Of a stretch of DNA of 64,000 nucleotides, positions 53,851-64,000 are shown one piece after another. The stretch covers positions 310,001 through 374,000 of the forward strand of contig JAYWIR010000021.1 in assembly GCA_036172245.1 (NCBI GenBank), written 5' to 3'. The translations under genes were made by a program, and so were the position numbers. Below the pieces are notes generated by a model. The model saw nothing but the letters and a program-made list of their open reading frames with translations. It had not been told where the DNA came from and searched no databases. Position 1 is the stretch's first letter, and every line of letters begins with the position of its first letter. This DNA is from Raillietiella orientalis (lineage: Eukaryota).

Positions 53851-54351
53851 GTGAGGTCCGGCGGTGCGAGGACTTCAGGGAGCTGCCGAAGCTCCCCCTG
53901 GGATGGCGTGCGGCGGCGGCTCGCACGGAAGCTCGCGATCGGCGAGGTCGTTCGGCAACGCAGCTCAAGCAGCCGCGTGGGGGAAACGAGGAGGAAAACT
54001 GGCAATGCTGGTGTGTGGTGTGTGTGTGTGCGTGATAGGATCATTTCCCCCCTCCCTTCCTCCGCACCGCTTCCCGCGGAATCTCCCACGCGAAAAGGGG
54101 GAGGCTCCCAGGAGGGATTTTTCGGGAACGCGCGGAGGAGGAGGGGCGGAGTCGCCTCGCGGTCACTGCCTTCCGCGAGGCGGGGAGGGGGAGGAGTCGC
54201 CCACAAGGCGCCGGAGGGGCTTCGCGCTCCTGCCGGGCGGGAGGGAGCGAGATGGGATGCAGGGAAGGGTCGGTGGCCGCCGCCCCTCCTGCCGCCCGCG
54301 CGCGGAGACGAGCTGCCTGCGCCCTTTTTCACGGAGCCTCTTCCCTCCCAG

Positions 54352-54487
54352 AGAGACTCGCCAGGACGCCCTCCCGCAAGATGTGCCCTCTGGAGAAGCG
54401 CGCGAGGATCGCCTCCTGGTGACTTCCCCGGGCGTCCGTCCCTGTGACCTCCCCAAACGCCTTCGCATGGACTCGCCGGCCGCGCAG
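54352..54487 (+). CDS. Probable upstream exon (5' UTR or coding; in-frame ATG at 54467)
   Basis: Strong pyrimidine tract plus CAG ending at 54351. Consensus donor CAG|GTGAGC at 54487/54488. The 117-nt phase-0 intron 54488-54604 keeps the frame. Confidence 0.5.
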
Positions 54488-54604
54488 GTGAGCAGGGAAT
54501 CCCGCAGCTGTGCCTCCTCACCCTCTTGGAAGGGCCCTGAGGATGGGCGCCCGTTCCTTTCCCACCTTTCCGGTGGCAACCCCACCGTCACGTCGACTTT
54601 CCAG

Positions 54605-55964
54605 GAGCATCCTGGGGCCATGATTCCTCCTCTGGGAGAGGGCGAAACGCTCCCCTGCCAGGCAAACGGGAGCCTCGACAGGAGCTCCTCCGGGAGCAAG
54701 CGCCGGGGATCCCGGAAGTTCTCCGGACGCTTCACGCTGCCCAAGATCTTCGCAGAGACCTTCTTGACCTACGTCTCCAGGACCCGGAAGGGAGACGACC
54801 CCCTCCCCGCGAAAGGGGAGGGCAGTCCCGGGAAGGGGGACGGGAAGAAGCGCAAGAAGAGCAAGCAGTCGCGGGCTTCGCTCCCAGGGCCCGCGAGTCC
54901 TGAGGGGGAACATCCCGAGCACTCCGAGGAGCAGGGGCACGCAGAGATCCTCGCGGAAAGCGGCTGGCCTGTGCCCAGGGTCGGCGAGCAGCCGCCCCCG
55001 GCGGGACAGAGGACCGTCATCAGCGTGTCGTACTCTCCCAACGGCCCTTCGGAGGAGACCGGCCCCAGGAGGGCACCGGCCTGCCCTCGCCCCACCCGAG
55101 TCAAATGCAAGGCCCCCAATCCCTTTGGGGCGGAGGCGAGTGGGCCGGCCACCTGCCCTGTGCAGAAGACCGTCATCCTCGTCGGCGGGGTTGCCTCAGG
55201 GCTTCCCCGCGAGGCAGAGGCGGCCCCTGGCGGCGGCGAGGTCCTTCTCCCCGGATGCGTCGACCTCCCGGGGAGGGATGCGCCTTGGAGCCTCAGACCG
55301 CCTCCCAGCAGGAGCGCCTCCCTGCCCGCAGAGGCCCACCGGGAAGACGACGATAACGCCCCTGCAGGCAGAAGGCGCTGGCGCCGGTCCCTCCCTCCTG
55401 GGTCTGCTCCGGCCTTCGAGGTCACGGAGGCCGCGGAGCCGCTCCCGAAGAATGAAGGAGCTTGCCCTCCCTCGCCGAGATATTCCCACGAGCCCGACCG
55501 GGTCGAGGCTGCCCTCCCTGTCTGCTGGCAGGTCGTGGACGTGAGCGGCGGTGGCGCCGCCTGCGTGGGAAGCGGTGGCGCAGCCACCACTGTCATCACC
55601 GTCGGCTTCCCCCCCGATCTGTGGGCACCATCCCTTCCGGCAGGGTCTCCAAACGACGACGACGCTGCCACCACCGCCCTTGGACCAGAAGGCACGGTGC
55701 TCCTCCAGTGCGGGGGGCAACAGCAGGACGCTGAGGAGGAGGAGGAGAGCAATAATCATCCCGAGGCACGCGGCTGCAGCGAGGAAGACGTCCGCTCGGA
55801 GGCGGAGAGGGCGGCGGAGACGTCCGCAGAGGGCGGCGGGTGCGAGTCACCCGTCGTTTCGTCCGACACGCCCGGGGACTACGACGACCACAGCGCCGCC
55901 GACGCGGAAGCGGACAAGTCCGAGTCCTCTGAGGACCACGGCGGCGGTCGTGACTGGAGCGCAG
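54605..55964 (+). CDS. Large coding exon of an uncharacterised, mostly disordered protein; candidate start ATG at 54620 (MIPPLGEGETLP...)
   Basis: Lies in the 721-aa ORF 53864-56029. Acceptor TTTCCAG ends at 54604, in-frame GCCATG at 54620, phase-1 donor G|GTAGGA at 55964/55965. Protein-like segments: FTLPKIFAETFLTYVSRTRK, KKRKKSK, acidic stretch. Confidence 0.75.
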
Positions 55965-56650
55965 GTAGGAGGGCACACTTCGACCCCCCCCCCGCGCACC
56001 CCTCCGACGACCCCAACGGTCCGTCCTGATCCGTCACGTCCCCTGGGCAAGCCCGCAGGCCCAACCGCCTCGGGGGGTCTCCCTCGGCCGTGGAGGGTCG
56101 GCGTACCCTCGGGACTCTCGAGCCTGCGGGGCAGTGGAAGGGAATGCGCTCGTCGAGTGGGCGGGTGCCTCTTTTCCTCCCTTGCCGGGAGAGGAGGAGG
56201 ATTTGGAGTGGGAGGAAAAAGGGCACCCTCGGATGGCTGCTAGGATTTTTCCTCTTGCATCGGGGAGATCGTCTCTCCCGAGCAACGACCCTCTCAGGTC
56301 CTCCCAGGAGGCTGTCGAGATGCATGCATCGCCGCGGTGCCCCTCCCCCCCCCTTCCCGCGGGAAGCTTTCGGGGAAGCCGTCGGTGCTGTCGCCAGCGT
56401 AACGGCCAGGTTCCTCCGGAGCCACTCACGCGATCCTCTGTCTCCTCGGGCCTCGCTCCCAGACTGGTGCCCTTCGCCCCCCTTCGACTCCCGCCCTCGC
56501 CTCCTCCGCCTCTTCCGGCTGCGTCGGTCTCTTCCTCTCCTCCAGCGGTGGTGCGCCTCCACGCGCGCGAACTCCCCCGCCTGTAGGGCGGTGAAAGCCG
56601 GCCTCCTCCCGCTCCCATCGGCAGTTCTCCCGACTCCCGATGTGTTCCAG

Positions 56651-57250
56651 AGGCAAGCGTCCCCGCCTCCTGTGGCAACACAGACCCGGCGGGCGACCCG
56701 GGAGGGCGCTCCGCGGCCCTGGACTCCAGCCCCTCCTTGGAGGGGTCACCGACTGCCTCGGGGCAAAGGTTTACGCTGGTGAAGAGCCGCAGCTCCGACG
56801 ACGTGCACGCCGAGTTCCGGGCGATGTTCGTCTACGAGCGCTCGCAGCAGCTGGAGCAGAAGCTGCCGGACAAATCACTACTGCTGCAGCGCATCCTCTG
56901 CGAGGCAAGGGCAGCGCCCCCCGGCAGCCAAGACGCAGACTGCGCGGACGACGACCCGACTTCCGTGGGCAACCCCCACCGCAAGAAGAGGAAGGCCAAG
57001 CTGCGGTGCGGGGGCGGAGAGGACCTGTCATGGTGTAAGCCTGGAAAGGACTGTCCAGAGGTCGAGCACCCGGAGCCGGACTCGACCTCCGGGATCTCCT
57101 CGGAGGACTCTATCAGCGAGGAGGAGAAAGAGAGGTCGTACAACGTGAAGGACGGCTGCACGCTGGTGGGGCGCGGCTGCCGCTTCGGGGAGATCACGGC
57201 GAAGGAGTGGCCGGTGGCGCCCCGGGCAGCACAGCCGGCAGAGGACTCCG
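56651..57250 (+). CDS. Internal coding exon of the same gene (EASVPASC...RFTLVKSRSSDDVHAEFRAMFVYERSQQLEQKLPDKSLLLQRILCEAR...EDS)
   Basis: Acceptor GTTCCAG ends at 56650. A phase-1 join from 55964 lands exactly in the frame of ORF 56737-57792. An in-frame TAG at 56584 limits upstream extension. Phase-1 donor G|GTAGGT at 57250/57251. Confidence 0.75.
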
Positions 57251-57321
57251 GTAGGTCTCCCCCCGGGGGAAGACGGGATCCTGAGGGGACGGACCCCGCT
57301 GGAGCATCGCCTTCCTTCCAG

Positions 57322-58496
57322 GAACAGGCGAAAGGGCCGGAGGGCAACCCCAGGTGCCCGCAGCCCCTGACCCCGCCGGCAGAGCCTCCACCGAAAGGGC
57401 CGCTCGCGAAGAGGGGGAGGCGACCAAGCCTGAGTGGGTCATCCACAGCGAGGAGCACAGCAGGCGCCGCAGCACCATCGACTGGAGCGCCCTGGATAAG
57501 AAGAGTCGCTGCCCGGAGGGCCGCCCGCCGCTCGCCACAGGGACCTCGAAAGGGCCCTGCAGTGGCGGGGGGGACGTCTCCGCGCCTTTCGCCCTGTGCG
57601 AGCCCTATGCGGGGACCGGCCAGGCTTCAGGGGAAGGCGCTGCCGCCTCCAGGGACGGAGCCACCGAGGAGCCGCGCCCGAGCGGGTCGGTCGCCGCCAG
57701 CGCCGCTTCCTGCCTGGCGGGCGGCGAAGGGAAGTCGCCGCCGAAGGCTCCGCCCGCCCAGTGCCAGAGGGCGAGGGCAGCCTCATCCCTGAGCAGCAGA
57801 ATCCCTGTGCCCCCCGGGACCCGCCATCTGCCGCTGGGCCCGCAGTCCACCAGGCAGGGTCTCGGAGGGACACCCTCTCCCCCTCCCCTCTCTTACGGGG
57901 GTCCCCGGTCCTCGTCCGGCGCTCAGACGAAGGCTGGAAGCTGCGGCGGCAGGAGCGCCACCGCCGGGAGCTCCAGTCAGCTGTCTCGGGTCAAGGCGAC
58001 CTCCCTGTCCAACTTGCGAAACCTCGACTGCGGAGCCGCCGGAGGGCACCAGCAGACCGGGGGAAGGGGCGCCCCCGGGCTCCTGGAGAAGAGGAACCCC
58101 GTGCCGAGCCGCAAGGGGACGCTGCCGGACAGGCGGCCGGCTCCCTGGGACGGTAGAGCGGCGAGAACCACCGCTGCCGCCGTCCCGGGCAGGCAGTCGG
58201 CCGCCGCCCCGCTCGCTGCTCGTGGCACCGCCGCCAAAGCTCCCGCTCAGAGAGCAGTGAAGAGCGTCGGCGGCCTCTCCAAGTCCGCGTCCCTGACGAA
58301 CATCCGCGTGATGGGTCGGCCTGCCCCCACGGCGGCGACCTACGACGGGAGAGCCGCCGGTCCGGGAGCCCCGGCGAGGAGGAGCGCCGCTTCCTGCTCC
58401 GAGGAGTCCCCTCCGGGCATCCCGCAGCTGAGGGGCAGGAGGGACACGGCCTTGAAGTACCACTTCAGGGAAAAGATGGGAACCATCGTGGTGTAG
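57322..58496 (+). CDS. Terminal coding exon of the same gene, ending ...LKYHFREKMGTIVV*
   Basis: 71-nt intron 57251-57321 (GTAGGT...CCTTCCTTCCAG) shifts the frame exactly into ORF 57354-58496. Stop TAG at 58494-58496. Spliced CDS from 54620 = 1345+600+1175 = 3120 nt = 1039 aa + stop. Confidence 0.75.
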
Positions 58497-58762
58497 GGTC
58501 TTGCGGAGGGGCCGAGTGCCTCCGGGAGCGGCGCCGCCCCGCGTCCGGATGTCCCGGGCGCGTCTGCGCAAGGAGACTCCGCCAAGGGATACGAGCGACC
58601 CCCCGCGAGCGAGCGTCCCCGGGAGCCGCGAGACCCCCTCGCGAACCCGCATCCCTTGGGCGGGGCGCGCTGAGGAGGAGGGCATCGCCGGTCCCATGCC
58701 CTCTCCTTCTGCTGCTTCCCGGGAACCACGTGACCAATGGAAGCCCCTTCCGTAGATTTCCC

Positions 58763-58768
58763 AATAAA
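58763..58768 (+). promoter_or_regulatory. Candidate polyadenylation signal AATAAA
   Basis: Canonical hexamer about 270 nt after the stop codon, within otherwise GC-rich sequence. Confidence 0.5.
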
Positions 58769-60019
58769 AAAGGAAGAAAAAGGAAAGCGCCCGTCATCTT
58801 TCCGAGGTCTCCCTCGTTGCCCTGATGACCACCCTGGCCCCCGGGACCCTTCCTCTCGGAAAAGCTCTAGCCCTCGGCACCGGAGGGACTCCCGTCTGGT
58901 GGCGCTTCCGCCCGCAGGCCACTTCCCGCCTCTGCCAGGCCCGCAAGCATTGCTAAGGGAATCCCCAAGCGCCTCGTGCTGCTGGGATCGGCTCTGGCAA
59001 GCTCCCGTTCTTCAGGGAGATGCGTCAGGAGTGGGGCTGGCGGTGCCCGGCCGTCCTCCACAGGAGCTCCTCCGCAGAGTCGTCAACCACGCCCGCAGCC
59101 TCCCGCCTCGAACTTCGCAGGGATCGCCACAGAGGGCGGTGCTTCTTCCACGTTCCCCTTCGATCCAGGACACTGCTCCTCCACGCATCCCTGAGGCACC
59201 GCCCGGTGTCGCAGCTTCCTTGAGGCGGTTCCGGACCAGCGGGGAAAGGATCTCTGCTGAGGAGATTACAGCAGGAGACTCGGCTGTCTCCCCAGAAATG
59301 GTGCTTTTACAGGGAGTCGAGGGGGTGGGGAAAAGGGGTCCTCGCCCACAGCCTCCATCTCCGCGCCCAGATCTGGGCCCCGAGAGGCGCTCTTTGAGTC
59401 TGGTCAAAGGGCACCCCGGAAGTGGTCGACCTGACCAAGACGGAGGCGGTCCCGGACTCGCAGCAGGCATTTCGGCGAGTGGCCCGGCGCTTTGGGGGCA
59501 GACTCCGGGTGCACCAACTCAGCACCGCGCGATGGCCTCTGCGGAGGGTGCTCCGGCGGGGGGGAACGGCGGAGGTGAACGAGGCGCTGCGGACGGGAGG
59601 ATACGCCTGGGGCGTTCGACGCGCCCACGGTCCTCCGCCGCTCCGGACGGGGAACAACGCTCGCTCCAGGGAACAGACGCCTACCCCATGCTGCCCCGAA
59701 GAGTCTCCTGGGGCTGTCAGACCCCCGGACGCACGGAGAGGCGCACGTGCCGTTCCCATGGGAACCGTCCTGGCCCCGAGCGGTCTCAGTTCGGACTCGT
59801 AACCTGGACGTCTTCGCGGCTCCCAGGAAGAATAGGGGGGACCGGCGGGAATGCGTCGCAGCCGGAGGCGCCATCAGCTGCTCCCGGGTTTGCCACGACC
59901 TCAGTCCGACACGCGCGGCGGGACCCGCACGGTCGCGGTCCGCCGAAGTCACGGGACACCACGAAAATTATCGAACGCACGCGTTCGTCGCACACGTGGA
60001 CGTGCCCCCACAATCATTA

Positions 60020-61250
60020 CGTATTCAAAGTAATGTGATTTTGACATGTACATTTGCTAGCACACGCATTACTAATGGAATTCATGGTGCCTTCGTTCAC
60101 TTTGGTACATATCGTGATCGTTATAAAACCGATTACGTGTGCTCATCGCGGTATATCAGTATCACAACACGATATGCTGATCACAGAGATTGACCTACAT
60201 CCCTCAAACACTAATAAATACAAGTGCCTGCTATGTACATTGATGTGTACCTTTATGTAGAGATTAATGTGCAGATGTATTTTAGCATGCATGCTTATTA
60301 ATGGAATTAATATGTGTTAATGAGTATTATGAATGTACATAGCGAAGATTATAAATAACAGATATGCATGCTTATTGTATACATTTATGCACTCGATGGA
60401 TACACATAAAGTAAATAAATAGATTTCGAATTATGAGCTACGCATTTATCAAATATCTATATTAATGGTATATATTGGTGCATATTATTAATTTTGTTAA
60501 TAAGTGTGTATGTTCATAAACAAGAACAAATACGCGGGAAGAAATAAATTTGTACATGAATCTTTGTACATATACACATATTAACAGGCATAATAAGCAC
60601 ATCTATTTCTTTTGGACGATCTTTGTAATTGTGTGAATGCATACACGTGTTCATTGCACGTATTCATCTCATTTCAACACGGAGATTGTGGACTTCCGGT
60701 TGTCGATGGCTTCATCTGCTTCTGGCAGAAGGAGGACTCGGATCAGCTACTTGGCGTCCGACCCTTCGCGATGCTCATTGGCAAGGAAGGAATCTTCCTT
60801 GAGGAACCCTTCCTGGGGCCCGTAGGCAGACTCAACAATTTTAGCAAGCTTTATTTATTTATTTTGGCATATGCCATGGACCAAATCATGAATCATCATG
60901 CGCTCAGGTGAATCCCAAACATTCACGGCGTCCGCAAATGACCGCACTCCTCTGATTCGCTTGCAAAGATGCTGTAAGGGCAGCAGACTCCTCCCTCCCG
61001 TACACCACGGATCCGTACAACGCGGAACATGGCCCCCGCCTTGTACGGGAGCCCACAGTTTTGCGTACCATACCAAGAATGATGCAAATGTATTTAATAG
61101 AGGAAGCATCAGCTAATGAAGTCCATTCGTTTTACTATGTATCACTATGTATTAAGAATACGGTTCTTTTTGACAGGATTAAATTAAGTATTTCTTGTAC
61201 ATATCAAATACATAGATCGAAACTCTTCTCCTGGTTCCGGTTACAGAAAA
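60020..61250. other. AT-rich block with a diverged internal duplication of about 228 bp period and two GC-richer islands
   Basis: TAATGGAATT at 60073/60299, GTACATA at 60105/60335, TTATAAA at 60121/60349. Abrupt compositional change from both flanks. Confidence 0.6.
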
Positions 61251-61257
61251 TTCGAAG

Positions 61258-62721
61258 TCAAAGTCTACCGTTTTCTAAAAACATCGATCTTGACCAGCGG
61301 CCTCGCGAAGACATGAGGTTATGGGACCAGGAGTGAAACGTCCATGGTCTTGCCATCCGCCTATATCCCCTTCGCGCCCAGCCGAGAAGACGGCACCCTG
61401 CACCAGAGCTCTGAGTCCACCGGGTGGGCGCCTTCGAGCAAGGAGCAGCAGCGGCGCGGCAGGAACTCTGGCACAAGAAGCGAGCCGTCCGCTCGGCATG
61501 CTGCAAGGAGGCTGAGACTCTGCGTCGCCGGCTGGCTAGAGAGTCGCCGCTCTTTTCCGATCCCTCGTTGCGGAGGAGGCGTCCCTCGATCAGCCGCTCC
61601 TCGAGGGAATCGCCCAGTCCTGATGCCCCCTGCCTGCTGGAAGGCGATCGACGTCCCGCGGTCCTCCTTGCGTTTTTCCGAGTCACCACAACCCGGGGAA
61701 TGCCGCCACGGCCAGGCCTCTTCTGAGCTCCAGAGGCTCTCCCAAGAGCGTAAGCCACTCTCCCAAGAATGAATGCCGAAGTCAGGACGAGGTCAGGACT
61801 CCACCCTTCCAGCGGAAGGCCAGAATCAGAAAGAGCTCTCTGGTCTACTTTTTCCTCCCCGCCGAGGTCGGTTCTGGCCAAGGCCGGTGGGGAGGAAGCA
61901 GCTCTCGAAATCGCGGTGATCGGACCCCTATGAGTTCGCTGAACCGTTCGGGATGCTGAGGGATCAGCCATTGTCTCCCTGAGCCCGCCGGAAAGGCACA
62001 CACCGTGGTTCCGACTTGCGCGTCCACGTCCGCGTTCGGCAAGCCTCGGGGACGCTGCTACTCTGCCAGTCAACAAGGATGAGGACACGCATCGACAGTG
62101 CACCCGCGCAGACAGGGAGTGAGAATGGCCACCTCCAGAAGCTCGTTGGCGCGCTATCCTTCGCGCCACGAGAAACCTTAGGGAACCTGGAATAACAGTG
62201 CCTCGAGGGGGAATGCAGAATGTGATGGTCTCACTGAGAGAGGTCCCTCTCTCTTCCGCTTTTCTTCCATTACATCTGGGAAGCAATGCGCCGATGGTAG
62301 TCGAAGAGGTGGAAGCCCAGAGCAAGACCTTCCGTGATGACCAGTGGAGGGCCGATGGGAGCGACGGGAGAGTGATCAGTGTGAAGGAACGACCCTCGTC
62401 TCGACACGTTCGCTGAGCAGCTACCAGAATCCCTCGGGGCATCCGAAATACAAGCAGAGAACTTGTGCGGATGAAATCCCAAGGTGCCACCAGGAACACG
62501 GTGGCGCTGCTCTTACAGGACGATGCAAGAACGGAAACAGCAAGCCGGGAGACCTCCCTTCCAGGTCTCCTAGGTCGGAGAAAAGGCCCCAAATCATTTT
62601 GGAGCGAAATTCGGCGTGAGGATGGACCAAAAAACTTCCTTATGATCAAAACTCGCTTCGGACTTTGAGATGTCCGATTCTTTGGAGTCGAGAAGAAGTT
62701 GCAAAACACGCGAGCAGCCAT
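61258..62721 (-). mobile_element. 487-aa ORF; possible highly degenerate DIRS-type (tyrosine recombinase) retroelement relic
   Basis: Weak motif echoes in the expected order (see findings). Catalytic HxxR and Tyr are not intact. Pattern recognition only. Confidence 0.3.
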
Positions 62722-64000
62722 TCGATAGGAAGTGGACTCCCTCCCTCCCCTTCTCCCCCCTCCTTTCTCTCTCGTCCCTGTGCCACCGCCCCCTAGGCAA
62801 AGTGACCCCCAGGCAAGCTCGCTTCGCCATCGTATGGGTGTGATCGTCGCACCTCCAAGGAGGAGAGGTCATTCCCTTCAGATGAACGCATCCCATGGTG
62901 CTTCTAAAGGGAAACGCTGAGCGCCATCACTTCTACATCAGGGCAGCGCAGAGGGAAACGAAACCGCCCGCAGCTGTTGGCGTCTGCCAAGCTTGATCAC
63001 AGATGCGTTCGTTTGCAGGCTAGCAAGAACGAAGGTCTCCTCCTGCTGTGGACCCCGCACCAGTGCCTCCAGATTGAAGTTCTCTGGGCAGCTGGCGGGA
63101 AGAGAGCTCCCAGATTGAAATAGGATGAAGGGTCCTTTCCCTTTACACCCTTTTTCATGTAGTCTGAAAGGTCCTTGGTCTCCCCACCGATAGAGGGGGG
63201 TGTAGAGAAAAAAGCAATCTCTCTAGAGAGTCCAGACCCAGGAAAGAGCTTACCTCTTCCCCCCCTTTCACCCCTTCAGGAACTCAGAGGGTCGACTACC
63301 CTAAGACGTGATCCAAACATTTCGGCGTAAATGTGGGGAAACTTTTCCTCAGTTTTTTTTCAAACCCCTTCTTCTGGGTTTCAGAAGGAACCAGAGAAGT
63401 CTGCAGAATTGAGCTTGTCATCCTCTCTGACGACGAATCTTGCCACTGCAACTGACCCTTTCTTCTCTCTCTCTCTCTCTACTGCGCGGCTAGAGACGAG
63501 CCATTTCTGCTTCCTATCCACATTACCACGCTTTGCATCCACTTTTGGTCATCAGAATGAAACGAGAGTGCCGAAACGCTCACGGCGAGGATCATCAAAT
63601 GCGGTCCGCATCGACTGCGGACTCCATCGGGAAGACCACAGACCGCGCATGCCGCAAGTCCACAAATGAGGAATTCTTAGGCAGCAATGGAGGAGGGGAG
63701 AGCATCGCCCGTCTCCTTGGGGAATGCCACTGGGCATCTGGGCACCCGAAATGCCGCTGCGGCACTTGATTGCAGGCCCCATATTCTGGACTACTGGATG
63801 CGAAGGAACCTTCTAGAACTGGTTCCTTCCAGCATGCGGGCAACCCAGCTGCTGGTCTAGCTGAGAAGAAGTGCCAGGCTTGTCCCGCTGCGGATGAGAT
63901 GGAAGCTTGTCCGGAGAGAACAATGCAGCAGCGCTTGCAACAACCAGCGCCGCTCCGGAAGAAGGAAAGCAGCTGGAGATGGAGGCAGGTTCCACGGAAC

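Larger units (their letters stand above)
43700..60010. other. About 16-kb GC/CpG-rich domain containing the gene and its upstream region
   Basis: Visibly high G+C with dense CG/CGCG and (CCG)n tracts. Sharp end near 60020. Boundaries estimated by eye. Confidence 0.7.

Noticed and set aside
55965..57321. Frameshifts or pseudogenisation as the explanation for the split ORFs
   Set aside because: Canonical phase-matched introns explain both frame changes without invoking errors.
54163..58797. Antisense and alternate-frame ORFs over the gene
   Set aside because: Shadow ORFs of a GC-rich coding sequence.
62270..62680. Ty3/gypsy RNase H-like HTDHSP and RKFFG
   Set aside because: The motifs are in different frames with too-short spacing, and there is no RT YxDD, integrase or LTRs.

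Overview
Eukaryotic genomic DNA, probably metazoan (inference). It is mostly non-coding and compositionally patchy: moderate GC over most of 1-43 kb, a very GC/CpG-rich domain at about 43.7-60.0 kb, and an abrupt AT-rich block at about 60.0-61.25 kb. I see no operons, rRNA, CRISPR arrays or intact transposase/RT genes, and most ORFs in the supplied track look like chance GC-rich ORFs. One spliced protein-coding gene is well supported on + at about 54.35-58.5 kb: three large exons joined by phase-consistent GT-AG introns, 1039 aa from ATG 54620, with a downstream AATAAA. It encodes an unidentified, largely disordered protein with an SxIP motif, a 14-3-3-type motif, basic clusters, a thrice-repeated TVIxV motif and a hydrophobic C-terminus. 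Structure found by eye: two diverged inverted-repeat pairs (29.0-29.4/32.0-32.5 kb and 35.1-35.4/44.2-44.5 kb), one direct-repeat pair (6.1/7.2 kb), a degenerate tRNA-His-like sequence, a nested palindrome cluster at 28.15 kb, and a 487-aa minus-strand ORF with weak but correctly ordered DIRS-type RNase H/tyrosine-recombinase motifs. I cannot support a claim of a new biological system. The leads below are ranked hypotheses, and no database searches were run.
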